From Felis catus (taxonomy: Eukaryota): a stretch of DNA of 64,000 bases. The translations under genes were made by a program, and so were the position numbers. Location: positions 13,022,001-13,086,000 of the forward strand of contig NC_058369.1 in the NCBI RefSeq assembly GCF_018350175.1, given 5' to 3'. The notes below the pieces were generated by a model. The model did not search any database, was not told the origin of the DNA, and was given only the letters and a program-made list of their open reading frames with translations. This document shows positions 1-11,045 of the stretch, piece after piece (positions within the stretch are counted from its first letter, which is position 1; the number at the start of each line of letters is the position of its first letter).

Positions 1-124
1 GTGATTTCCCCTCTGTTCAACCTTTTTTCAAGGCTTTGCAGAAATGTTGCCTCCTGGGCGAGGCACTTCTGCACCCCCCTTGAGTGGGCACCCCTGTATC
101 TTGCTACAAGTCTTTGGTTATTAC

Positions 125-925
125 TTATTTTTCAGTTTTAGAAATTGAGGTGAAGTTTACATGACATAAACGATGCTGAAGCGAACAATTCAGAGGCATT
201 TAGTACATACACAATGTTGTGCACCCATCATGTCTGTCTAGTGCCGGAATATTTTCATCATCCCTAAGGGAGACCCCTCATTCCCCACCCCCCTCCTCCA
301 GCCCCTGGCACTGATTTGCTTTCTGTATCTGGGTTTGCCTGTTCTGGACATTTTCTATAAATGGAGCCCGACAGTATGTGACTTTTTTGTGTCCGGTTCC
401 TTTCACTGAGCATGTTTTGGATGTTCATCTATGTTGAGAGCACGTATCAGTGTTTCATTCCTTTTTACGGCTGAATAGCATTCCACGGGGTGGACGGACC
501 ACATTTCGTTTATTCATTTCTACGTTGTGAACATGCACATTCAGCCATTTGTCTGAGTCTGTTTTCATTTCTCTTGGGCGCGTACCTACTAGTGGAATTG
601 CTGGTAAATGTGGTAAGTATATAGTTAACTTATCGAGGAACCCCCAGACTGCTCTCCACAGCGACTGCACCATTTTCCCTTCCCACCAGCCGCGCGCCAG
701 GGTTCCAATTTCTTCATTTCCCTGCCAACGCGGGCTATTTTCTGGTTTTTGATTATAGCCATCCTACTGGGCGTGAGATGGTATCTCCTGGTGCTCTTGA
801 TTTGCGTTTCCCTAATGGCTAATGATGTGGAGCATCTTTTCATGCGCTTGGTTGGTTATTTGTGTATCTTCTTGGGAGAAGAAACTGCCTGTTCATGCCC
901 TTTGCTTATTTTTGAATGGGTGGCC
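125..925 (-). mobile_element. Old L1 (L1M-type) 3' fragment
   Basis: Typical L1 ORF2 C-terminus/3'UTR; minus-strand translation MKRCSTSLAIRETQIKSTRRYHLTP. Confidence 0.85.
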
Positions 926-1161
926 TGTCTTCTTGTCCCCCCCCCCCCCCCCCCCCCCGCAGCACTTTGAATCTTCTGAAGCCCTGCTGTTTCCTGGAGG
1001 TCTGAGCGCCCCTTCCTGTCCCCCCTCCCCCCCCGCGCTGGGCGTGGGTCCGCTGTTTCAGGGACAGCTGGATGTCTGCCTCAAGTGTCCACTGCTGTGT
1101 CCCTGTAGGGTCTGGGAGGGCACTCTTTGGGAAGTTCAGGAGTGTGCTCTGCGCAGGGGCC

Positions 1162-4100
1162 TCAGAACAGCCCCCCGTCCCCGCCCTCCGCCCCGCCCTC
1201 CCCCTCGGGGTCGTTCCCTCTCCTGGGGCCGCGTTTGCCCCGAGCCGCCGGGTCCACGCGGTACTTGCAGCGGCGCAGCGGCTCGGTGAGGCTCCGGGGC
1301 GCGGGGTCGTCCAGGTCCTCCGGCTGCAGGAAGTTGCGGTCCAGCACCTCCGCCGCCTCCTGCCAGTTGGCGAAGCAGGCGGGTCCCAGGCGCCGGATCT
1401 CGTCAGTTGCGTCGCGGGTGAGCACGTCCCCTCCAGGCTTGAGCACCACGACAGCCGGCAGGCGCTCCACGGAGAACTGGCGCCCGAGATCCCTGCGGGG
1501 CGGGCGGGTCAGTCCGGTTGGAAGCCCGTACCCGCCCCTGAGCTGGGGAGCCACACAGCCCTCCTCCCGGTACTTACTGAGCACCTGCTGTGTGCACTAC
1601 CCCGTGCCAGGCGCTGGGGGAGCCCAGAGACGGGGCCAGGCCAGGCCTCAGTGGCCTCTGCACTGGGTGTCCAATACCTCAGACATGCTACCGCCTCAGG
1701 GCCTTTGCACTGGCCATGCCCTCTGCCTGGAGCACTCTCCCCGGACTTCTGTGGGTTAAGACCCTGTATGCTGGGTAGCCAACCTCAAATCTCAATGCCT
1801 CGCTCTCCCCTCTGCTGCGCTGTGCCTTTTAGCATCCAACGCACTGCACCGTTTATTTGTTTTTCCTCTTTTTTTTTTTTTTTATTTATTTATTTTGAGA
1901 GTGTGAAGGAGAGTGCTAGCAGGATAGGGACAGAGAGAGATAAAAAATCTCAAGCAGGATCCACACTTGTCAGTGCAGAGCCCGATGCGGGCACGAACTC
2001 AGGAACTGTAAGATCATGACCTGAGCCGAAGTCAGATGCTTAACCTACTGAGCCCCCTAGACCCCCCTATTTTTCCCCTTTATCATTTTTTTAAATTTTT
2101 TTTCAACGTTTATTCATTTTTGGGACAGAGAGAGACAGAGCATGAACGGGGGAGGGGCAGAGAGAGAGGGAGACACAGAATCGGAAACAGGCTCCAGGCT
2201 CTGAGCCATCAGCCCAGAGCCCGACGCGGGGCTCGAACTCACTGACCGCGAGATCGTGACCTGAGCTGAAGTCGGACGCTTAACCGACTGCGCCACCCAG
2301 GCGCCCCTCCCCTTTATCATTTTTGCCCACCATAGAATGTAGCTTCACTAGGGCACAGATTTCTGTCGCCATTCACCTGGGTCCCCAGTGCCTGAAACAG
2401 TATAGGGCACAGAATTGAGGCTCAGAAACTGTGTGGGATGAATGAATGAATCAATACTGATAAATGTCATAAAGAAATACCAAGCTGGGTAAGGGATTGG
2501 TGGTCAGAGAGGGCCTCTCCAAGGAGGTGATCTTTGAGCTCAAAGCTTCAGGATGAGGAGGGCACTGGGCAGCCAGGGTCCCAGGCAGAGGACACAGCCG
2601 TGCAAAGGCCCTGAGACGAGAGGGAGATTAGAGTGCAACCTTGATCAGAGGCCCTGCAGGCTCATAGTAAGGAGTTTCCATTTTGTCCCCAGTATGAGGG
2701 GAAGCCAGTGAGGAGCCATCCACGATCCCAGGAGACCCCAGACCAAACCTCCCATCTGGACCAGAATCACGCACAGACATTCTGAAGTACAGGGGGAGAC
2801 CAGACTGAGCCCCTCATCCACAGTTGTTAATTTCCATCCACTGGGTTTTTGGGTGGCCCTTTTCTGGGCCTCTGCACAGAGAATGCATGGCACTTGTAAA
2901 GTCACACAGGACTTTACAGACTTAGCAAAAAGAGCAGGTCAGTGTTTGGCGATGATGCCCTCACAGCTGGCATTTCTGCCCTGGGAAGGGAAATGTTACC
3001 AGTTTGCCAGAAAGATCCCCCTCGGCTGCAGAGTGGCCAGGGGGAGTGAGCAAGTGTCCAAATCTGATAATGTTGGATGGACAACGAAGGTCTCCGGAAA
3101 CTTCCAACTTGTGGAACAAAATTAATGAAATCTGTAAAGTGTCACAAAGTCTGAGATGCCCGCTCAAATGGCTCAGTGCATGCTCCAACGTGTGCCGAGA
3201 AAGAAAATCTGGCAAAATGTTAACAATTGTATTGTTAATTGTTTCGTTGTATGCTTCTCCCAACTTAAAAAAAAATTTTTTTAATGTTTTATTTTATATT
3301 TGAGAGAGAGAGAGTGAGAGAGACAGAGCATGAGCAGAGAGATGGAGACAGAATCCGAAGCAGGCTCCGGGCTCTGAGCTGTCAGCACAGAGCCTGATGT
3401 GGGGCTCGAACCCACGAGCAGTGAGATCATGACCTGAGCTGAACTCGGATGCTCAGCTGACTGAGGTGCCACACAGGTACCTCAAAAAGAAGGAAAGTTT
3501 TACCGCAGAAAAGGGGAAGATTCTTTTTTTTTTAACGTGTATTTATTTTTGAGAGAGAGAGAGAGAGAGAGAGAGCGGGAGTGAAGGAGGGGCAGAGAGA
3601 GAGGGAGACAGAAGATCCGAAGCAGGCTTTGCTTTTAATTCAGCCTCGATGCGAGGCTCGAACTCATGAACCATGAGAACGTGACCTGAGCTGAAGTTGG
3701 ACATTGAACCAACTGAGCCACCCAGGCATCCCTGGGGAAGGTTCAAAAGTAGGAGCAAACTGCAATACCATTTATTGGGCAGCTCGGTGCAAAGCTCAAA
3801 TCCATGCACCTCTCTCTCAGCTCCGATGCCCTCCCTGGCTCCCAGCTACTCTGAAGACCACACTCATACTTGTAAAGATGCGTTTGTGGCGCCGCCTGAG
3901 ACCTGCAGACCTCTCACGCCTGTTACTCCTTACAGGTCCCCGAATTGGCTGTTCTTTGCCTGATGGCCTCCCAGCCTTTGCCCTCTGCCTGGAAGCCCTT
4001 CCCTCGCTTCACTCTTTCCCCTCCTATCCTCCCTTGGCCTTGGGGTCTCTCTAAAGGCACTGCCTCAGGGAAACATCCCCTGACCCCAAACCTCAGCAAG

Positions 4101-4734
4101 GTCTGCCCGTTATGTTCCCACGTGGTATCCTCCCTTTGTCCTCGGGAACACAACTGCAGTTTGTTATTATGTGTTTGAGTCTTTGTGTCATGTCTGTCTC
4201 CCCAGGTTGTAAGCTCCTTGGGAGCTAAATGGAAATGGGCATATGCACCCCTCCCCCCTGTGCACCCCCTAGGCTGGGTACAGAGTGCCACACAGGCCGT
4301 GCTCATCAATTCCAGATGGAAGGGAGGCAAGAATGAACGAATACTTCACTTTCAGCAGAAATAGCTCCTCCTCCAGGAAGCCCTCCCTGGCCTCTTCTCC
4401 CATCTCACCTCCTCAGGTCATCCTCGAAGGGCAGGAAGAGCCACTTTTTCGGCATGTCCCTGAGGAACAGATCCTGCTCCTCCTCTGTGGGGTCCTGGGA
4501 CACGTACACCAGGGCCAGCTGGGCTGCCCGCAGCACGTAGAACTCATCTGTGAGCCGCACGAAGAAGTCCCTGAGGATGGGTGCGAAGGCCTGGCACTGT
4601 GGGCATGACCCAGCGCCAAAGAACAGCAGCACCAGGCGGTTCTCCAGCCTGTGGCTGAGCTCAGCCTCCGTGTCCAGCTCGTCCTGGTCGCTGTTGTTGC
4701 GAATCAGGACACGGCCAGAGAACAGGGAGGCCAT
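1162..4734 (-). CDS. NXNL1: Nucleoredoxin-like 1, long thioredoxin isoform RdCVFL (218 aa); coding exons 4734-4409 and 1492-1162
   Basis: ATG at 4734 gives MASLFSGRVLIRNNSDQDELDTEAE with a CPQC dithiol at residues 44-47 (4605-4594). Donor AG|GTGAGA follows 4409 and acceptor CCCCGCAG|G precedes 1492. Exon 2 reads DLGRQFSVERLPAVVVLKPGG...GGLF*. 326+331=657 nt, in frame. Confidence 0.96.
2086..2308 (-). mobile_element. Young feline CAN-SINE (SINEC_Fc type) with TSD
   Basis: Head GGGGCGCCTGGGTGGCGCAGTCGGTTAAG on minus, (CT)n and A tail, flanked by the direct repeat CCCCTTTATCATTTTT. Representative of roughly 45 CAN-SINE copies in the window. Confidence 0.92.
4405..4734 (-). CDS. NXNL1: NXNL1 short isoform RdCVF (rod-derived cone viability factor, 109 aa) by read-through of the intron-1 donor
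   Basis: Unspliced exon 1 reads ...FEDDLRR then TGA (4407-4405), which overlaps the GT donor. 330 nt = 109 aa + stop, matching the known truncated RdCVF. Confidence 0.9.
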   Translation of the reverse strand: MASLFSGRVLIRNNSDQDELDTEAELSHRLENRLVLLFFGAGSCPQCQAFAPILRDFFVRLTDEFYVLRAAQLALVYVSQDPTEEEQDLFLRDMPKKWLFLPFEDDLRR

Positions 4735-4812
4735 GGCAGCCCCGGCCGGGAGCTGGGGACAGGGTGGAGGCACTGTGTGTGGCCCTGGGCCTGCTGGCTG
4801 GCTTCTGGTCCA

Positions 4813-4857
4813 GGATTAGGTATCTTTAAGGAGGCCAGTTCAAGACCTCACTAATCT
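4813..4857 (-). promoter_or_regulatory. NXNL1 proximal promoter with two CRX/OTX-type K50 homeodomain sites
   Basis: GGATTAG at 4813-4819 (CTAATCC on the minus strand) and CTAATCT at 4851-4857 flank an AT-rich TATA-like CTTAAAGATA, 80-120 nt upstream of the ATG of a photoreceptor gene. Confidence 0.65.
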
Positions 4858-5913
4858 GCCTACACCGTGACCTGATTCTGTGCTGCCTCCAAGGGCAGAG
4901 ACAGGCCCCTGGGGGCTCCTTCTCTGGAGACAGCTAGAAACCCAATCTATTAAGGCACAGGATTGCAAAGGAAAACGGTCATACTGACATACGGGTGTGA
5001 AAATATTTTACTACGTTGTGACATAAAAATATATGTGCTTCTTCGTGAACTGAATGCATTCAGTAATCCAGATTCATGATGGCTCTACAAAGTATTGTGA
5101 TTTCTTTTTTTTTTTGTTAGTGTTTTATTTTTTATTTTTGAGAGAGAGAGAGACAGACAGACAGAGCATGAGTGGGGGAGGGACAGACAGAGAGGGAACA
5201 AACTCACGGACTGCAAGATCATGACCTGAGCTGAAGTCGACAGAGCCACCCAGGTGCCCCCAAATATTGTGAGTTCTTTTTTTTTTTTTTAATTTTTTAA
5301 AATGTTTATTTATTTTTGAGAGAGAGACAGAATGTGAGTGGGTTAGGGGCAGAGAGAGAGGGAGACACAGAATCCGAAGCAGGCTCCAGGCTCTGAGCTG
5401 TCAGCACAGAACCCGATATGGGGCTCGAACTCATGAGCTGCGAGATCATGACCTGAGCTGAAGTCTTACGCTCAACCGACTGAGCCACCCAGGCGCCCCT
5501 TGTGATTTCTAAATCAAAATGAGCATTAGTGATATTTTGAGGTGTCTGCCTGCAACGGCCAGGCTGTGATATGAAATTACCTTTGATTTCCGCGGGAGAC
5601 AAAGTCACAGGGCTGGCTGATACCTGCTTTGACAGGACATAAAAAAACACAGGCTAAATTCCAGGTAGAAGTGTTAAGATGGGGACGCCTGGGTGGCTCA
5701 GTCCATTAAGCGTCTGACTCTTGATTTCGGCTCAGGTCGTGATCTCACGGTTGGTGAGATAGAGCCTCACGATGAGGCTCTTCACTGACAGTGCAGAGTC
5801 AGCTTGGGATTTTCTCTCCCTCTCTCTCTCTCTCTCTCCACCTCCCCCACTCGTGCTTTCTCTCTCTCTCAAAGTACATAAACTTAAAAATAAATAAATA
5901 AAATATTTTTTAA

Positions 5914-6826
5914 GTGTAAAAATTAATAATGGGAAACCACACTAAAATGGAAGCGTGAGGCCAGAAGGGGGAGCTCACACCCTACCACTCCATATCAGTT
6001 ACAGGAAGCAGTGTCAATTTCAGAACATCCAACAGGGGAATCCACAGGAAAGAATGATCAATTACAGTTCTCAACAGGAAAAGAGGGACATGCCGTCTCC
6101 TACAATAAGTCAACTACGCCTGACACTCAGCCAATTAACCATCATCACCCTGAACTCCTGCTTCTCTTTGATGGACTTTCCTTCAAAACAGCCCCTCCCA
6201 ACTTCCTCCTTCTCTATAAAATAATGTTCATCTCCTTTGTTGGAATAGCCTACGGTTTTTGCCATAGTTTGCTTCTCCCGAATCACAATTCCCTGTTATA
6301 GCAAATAAACCCATTTTTTTTTGCTAGTAAACTGACTTTACTTATTTATTTTACTTATTTTTTTAAATTTTTTAACCTTTCTTTATTTTTGAGACAGAGA
6401 GACAGAGCATGAGTGGGGGAGGGGCAGAGAGCGAGGGAGACACAGAATCCGAAGCAGGCTCCAGGCGCCGAGCTGTCAGCACAGAGCCCGACGCGGGGCT
6501 CGAACTCACAAACTCTGAGATCATGACCTGAGCCGAAGTTGGGCACTTAACCGACGGAGCCACCCAGGCGCCCCTGTTTATTTGTTTTAATGTTTATTCA
6601 TTTTTGAGAGAGACTGAGACAAGAGTGTGAGTAGGGGGAGGGGCAGAGAGACAGAGAGAGAGGGAGACACAGAATCTGAAGCAGGCTCCAGGCTTTGAGC
6701 TGTCAGCACAGAGCGAGACGCAGGGCTCAAACTCACGGACCATGAGATCCTGCCCTGAGCCGAAGTTGGACGCTTAACAGAGTGAGCCACGCAGGCACCC
6801 CACTAACTTTATCTTCAAAGTTAAGA
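5914..6826 (+). mobile_element. Solo LTR (ERV-like) interrupted by two CAN-SINEs (~6340-6574, ~6580-6801)
   Basis: TG start, TATAAA at ~6215 and AATAAA at 6304 in LTR order. Confidence 0.55.
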
Positions 6827-8609
6827 GAAGGTACTGAAAATAAACATGTTTGGGTTTTTTTCTCCACCTTCCTGAATTCAGTCTGGACAGCCCACCTTAA
6901 GATCCCTTGGTAAGGTTGAAGACCATGGCCACAGTATTTTGCAGCCCCTTCTCATTAGGAGGAGATGGAAACTAGTTCCCCTCTCCTTGAATCTGGACTG
7001 GCTTCGTGACTTGCTTTGACCAACAGAATGCGGCAGAAGGTGTGAGTTTGGAAGATAAGTCTTATCCTTACTTCCCACTTTGATTCTCTTGGAATGCTGC
7101 CTCCTGATGCCCCATGTAAGGAAGCTGATCTAGCCCAGGAGCTGACAAAGCTTTTCTATAAAGGACCAGGTGGTAAATGTTTTTGGCTTTGTGTGCCATA
7201 GCCACAGTTCCAATAGGACAGAAGCCGAAGTTTGAATTTCATAGGATTTTCACGTGTCAGGAAATATTAGTCTTTTGATATTCTTCAACCATTCCAAAGT
7301 GTAAAAACCATTCTCAGCCTCTGGTGAACCAGATGTGGTCTGCGAGCTGTGGTTTGCAGACCCCTGTTCTAGCCTATTGGATAAGAGGTCACATGGCGGT
7401 ATTGACCTTAAAATGAAAACAATTATTGTACCAACAAAATGGGCTTGTTCAGGAATAGCAGAGAACTGCAATTCGGAACAAGCAAGCTACGCAAAAACCA
7501 CAAGCATGTCCGGCAAAGGAGAGGACTGCGATTTTTTGGAGAAAGAGGAAGGTGGGAGGGGTTGTTTTGAAGGGAAGTCCATTGGAGTTCAGGGTGATGA
7601 TGGTGTCTCATTGGCTGAGGCAACTGAGTTCAGCAGGGGGACTGCCCAGCCAGACAGATACAGTTGATCCCTGTTGTATGAATCCACTCCATTTCGGGGT
7701 GATCTGTTACACAGCAATAGCTAACTGGGACGCCAGGTCTAGAAGGTTTTTCCAGGTTTAGAAAAACAGAGACTCTGAAAGAAACTTCGGATTGGCTTTA
7801 AACAATAAGAAAGGAAGTCACAACATCTCCATTCCCAAGACGTAATTCATGTTGTCAAGGTTTTGTGAATGACCTCAGTCCCGATATGTCCTTGTTACAT
7901 TCTGTTTTTTTTTTTCAACGTTTTTTATTTATTTTTGGGACAGAGAGAGACAGACCATGAACGGGGGAGGGGCAGAGAGAGAGAGGGAGACACAGAGTTG
8001 GAAACAGGCTCCAGGCTCTGAGCCATCAGCCCAGAGCCCGACGCGGGGCTCGAACTCACGGGCCGCGAGATCGTGACCTGGCTGAAGTCGGACGCTTAAC
8101 CGACTGCGCCACCCAGGCGCCCCATGTTACATTCTGTTCAGAAATGGTTTCCCCAGATTTTCCTCACTCTCCCCAAACCCCAGGAAGTCCTGTCGTGTCA
8201 CGAGTGCAAAAGATGCACCAAGAGTAAAATCTCAAGGACAGAGGACTCTTCTATAATGTTTGTGAGGTGCCAGGCTTCTGTTCTCAGAACAGAAAAGAAA
8301 TAAACATTAAAAAAAAATAAACAAATAAAAATGTCTCCAGGCATTGCCAGGTGTCCCCAGGGGCAGTTGAGAACTACTGCGTATTTATTTATTTATTTAT
8401 TGACAGACAGTATGAGCAGGGGAGGGGCAGAGAGAGAGGGAGACACAGAATCAGAAGCGGGCTCCAGGCTCCGAGCTATGTCAGCACAGAGCCCCATGTG
8501 GGGCTTGAACTCACCAACTGCGAAATCATGACCTGAGCCGGAGTCGGACGCTTAACCGACGGAGCCACCCAGGTGCCCCGAGAACTACTGCTCTCACCCT
8601 TTATTCTGT

Positions 8610-9025
8610 TGTAGTGGGTTGAGTGGTGGCCCCCAGAGAGATCTGTCCGAGTCCTAACCCCGGAACCTGTGAGTGACCGTGACCTTATTTGGAGAAAGGG
8701 TCTTCGCGGATGTAATTAAGAATCTCAAGATGAGATCATCTTGGATTATGGAGGTAGGTCTTACATCCAATGGCAAGTGTCTTTGTAAGAGACAGAAGAG
8801 GAGACACACGGGGAGAAGCCATGTGAAGACAGAGGCAGAGTGACGTGGCCACAGCCGAGGAATGCGTGGATCCTTCCCTAGAATTTCCAGAGGGAGTGTG
8901 GCTGTTGACGTTTTGATTTCGGACTTCTGGCCTCCAGAACTGTGAGAGAATAAATTCCTGTTGTTTTAAGCCACCTGGTTTAACACTTTGTGATACTTTG
9001 TTATGGCAGCCGCAAGAAACTACTA
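8610..9025 (+). mobile_element. MaLR (MLT1-type) LTR
   Basis: TGTAGTGGGTTGAGTGGTGGCCCCC...GACCTTATTTGGA...CTTCTGGCCTCCAGAACTGTGAGAGAATAAATT...GGCAGCC...AAACTA. Confidence 0.85.
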
Positions 9026-9718
9026 CCCCTACTTGTGGTGGGCACATGAATTTGGCGGAGAGAAATTGTTCACTCCCACGCGGTGCTCATGGTCTGTTTA
9101 TAATGAAACCCCCAAGCTATGATCTTTCAGTATTTTACTTGCAATGGATGCTTCATTTCTCTCCTTCTGGAAAGTTCTAAGAACTCCCTTCGCTGTGGCC
9201 TGCACCCCAGGGAGGGAGATGCACGGTTGGCTGTGCCCCTACACCCAGCATGTGCCTGGCCCATTCATTCCGCAGATGCGAAACCCCTAGTCAGCCGTGG
9301 CGCAGGGGTGATCAAGAAATATTTGATGCACGGCGTTCCAGGAGGCGGGCATTATCACCCAAGGGCAACCCAGGTACAGAGGGGAGAGGTGACCAGTCCA
9401 AGGCCACCAGCTGGAGAGGGGTAGAACCTGAGTCTGTCCCCGTCTCCAGGCCTCAGTTTCCATTTCTGTGAAATGGAGGTAAGACAGGGCTTCATCTGGA
9501 AAACCAGGCGACAGTTGTATTTCAGAACTGGGAGTTTTTGGTACCTTAAGAAGATAATTGAGGGTGAAAACTGCTGTATCTTACGTGATGCCCCTGGGGC
9601 TCTCGGGACAGCCCTTAAGCAAAGGGATACATAAGGGATAAACAGGGATACAAAGGAATAATTGACCACTGAAAGCAGTGACAGCAGACTGGGTCAGCAC
9701 AGGGGGAGGTGGTCCCTC

Positions 9719-10540
9719 TGTAACCGGAAACTGGGTTCTCCTCCTGGTGGGTGTCCAGCTGAAAGACAACCAAGCCAAGAGTGGGAAAAGGAAGGGTTTT
9801 ATTTGCAACAAGTAGGGAGACCACTGAGGATATTTCTCCCAAAGCACTGTCCCCGCCCTCCCCCAGACAACAAAATTGGGGAAGTCTGAAACTAAGGGTA
9901 CATGCATATTCATGAAGGGGCTTGGCAAAGGAGAGCGCTGTAGAGAAGTGGGGCAAAAGTCATCGATGTTCGAGTGTTCCAGGGGTTTAAACCCTGCAAA
10001 GATTCAAGAGTGTGGTGGGTCCATCTTTCCCTCTGAAACAGCAGCGGGAGTTTTTTTTTACCACCAATGTATTGTCTCTGATGTGGTGAGGTTCTCCCCT
10101 GGCCTGGTAGTGGCTGTTTTTAATTCCTTTTGTTCCTTTAAAATCGTTAACTATGGAGGTCTTGTGATTTTAACAGATCCCAGGACGTTCTGCAAGAACT
10201 GTGGTTGGGCATTTCACAAAGTGGCTGGGGACCTAAAATGACTTCTCTTATGTTAAGAAAGTTACGGCTTGTCGTTCTTTTTCTTAATGTTTTTATGTAT
10301 TTTTGAGACAGAGAGAGACAGAGCATGAGCAGGGGAGAGGCAGAGAGAGAGGGAGACACAGAATCTGAAGTAGGCTCCAGGCTCCAAGCTGTCAGCACAG
10401 AGCGTATGCGGGGCTTGAACTCACAGACTGTGAGATCATGACCTGAGCCAAAGTCGGACGCTCATCCGACTGAGCCACCCAGGCATCCCAAAGCCTTGTC
10501 TTTCTTTTTTCGGGAACCTCTCGCCCTATTTGCCTACACC
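9719..10540 (-). mobile_element. ERV solo LTR (antisense) interrupted by a CAN-SINE (~10276-10489)
   Basis: The minus strand reads ...GCAAATAAAACCCTTCC...CCAGTTTCCGGTTACA, a typical R/U5 end. The far boundary is approximate. Confidence 0.6.
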
Positions 10541-10714
10541 TACATCTGGAGTTCTGGTAGTTCTGGCCTAAAGAACCAAGTTGGGTTTCCAGAGCCTTTT
10601 GGATTTGGGGATTTCAGCCTGAGGACCCATAAGAGTATCTCCAGGAGCTGTGGGCACACTTGGGAGAGATTGCTTGTCTGGGGCACTATTTAGTCAGGTC
10701 TCAGTAAACTCTGT

Positions 10715-11045
10715 AAGATGGAGAAGAGGAGGAACGGGGAGAGGAAGAAAGAGGAAGAGGAGGGGGAGGAGGAGGGAGGCCAGGAGGGCAGGGGAGGAGG
10801 TAAGAGGAGGGGCAGGGAGGAGAGGGATAGAACAGGAGAGAAAGGGAAGGAAGTGGGGCGGGGGAGGAGCAAAGAAGGGGGAGAGTGGAGGAAAGGGGGA
10901 GGGGAGGAAGAAACCTGAAGAGAGAGATGAAGAGGAGGTGAGAGGGAGGAAGTGGGGAAAAATGAAGGAATCTGGGTGGAAGGAAGGAGGGGGAGGAGAA
11001 GTTTGAGGAAGAAGAAAAGGGGAGGAAGAGGGAGAGGAGGAAGCG
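10715..11045 (+). repeat. Polypurine (GA-rich) low-complexity tract, ~330 nt
   Basis: Almost exclusively G/A on the plus strand (GGAGGA/GGAAG runs). Confidence 0.9.

Noticed and set aside
1072..2019. 315-aa plus-strand ORF antisense to NXNL1 exon 2
   Set aside because: Shadow of GC-rich coding sequence that runs into L2 and SINE sequence; no recognisable domain.
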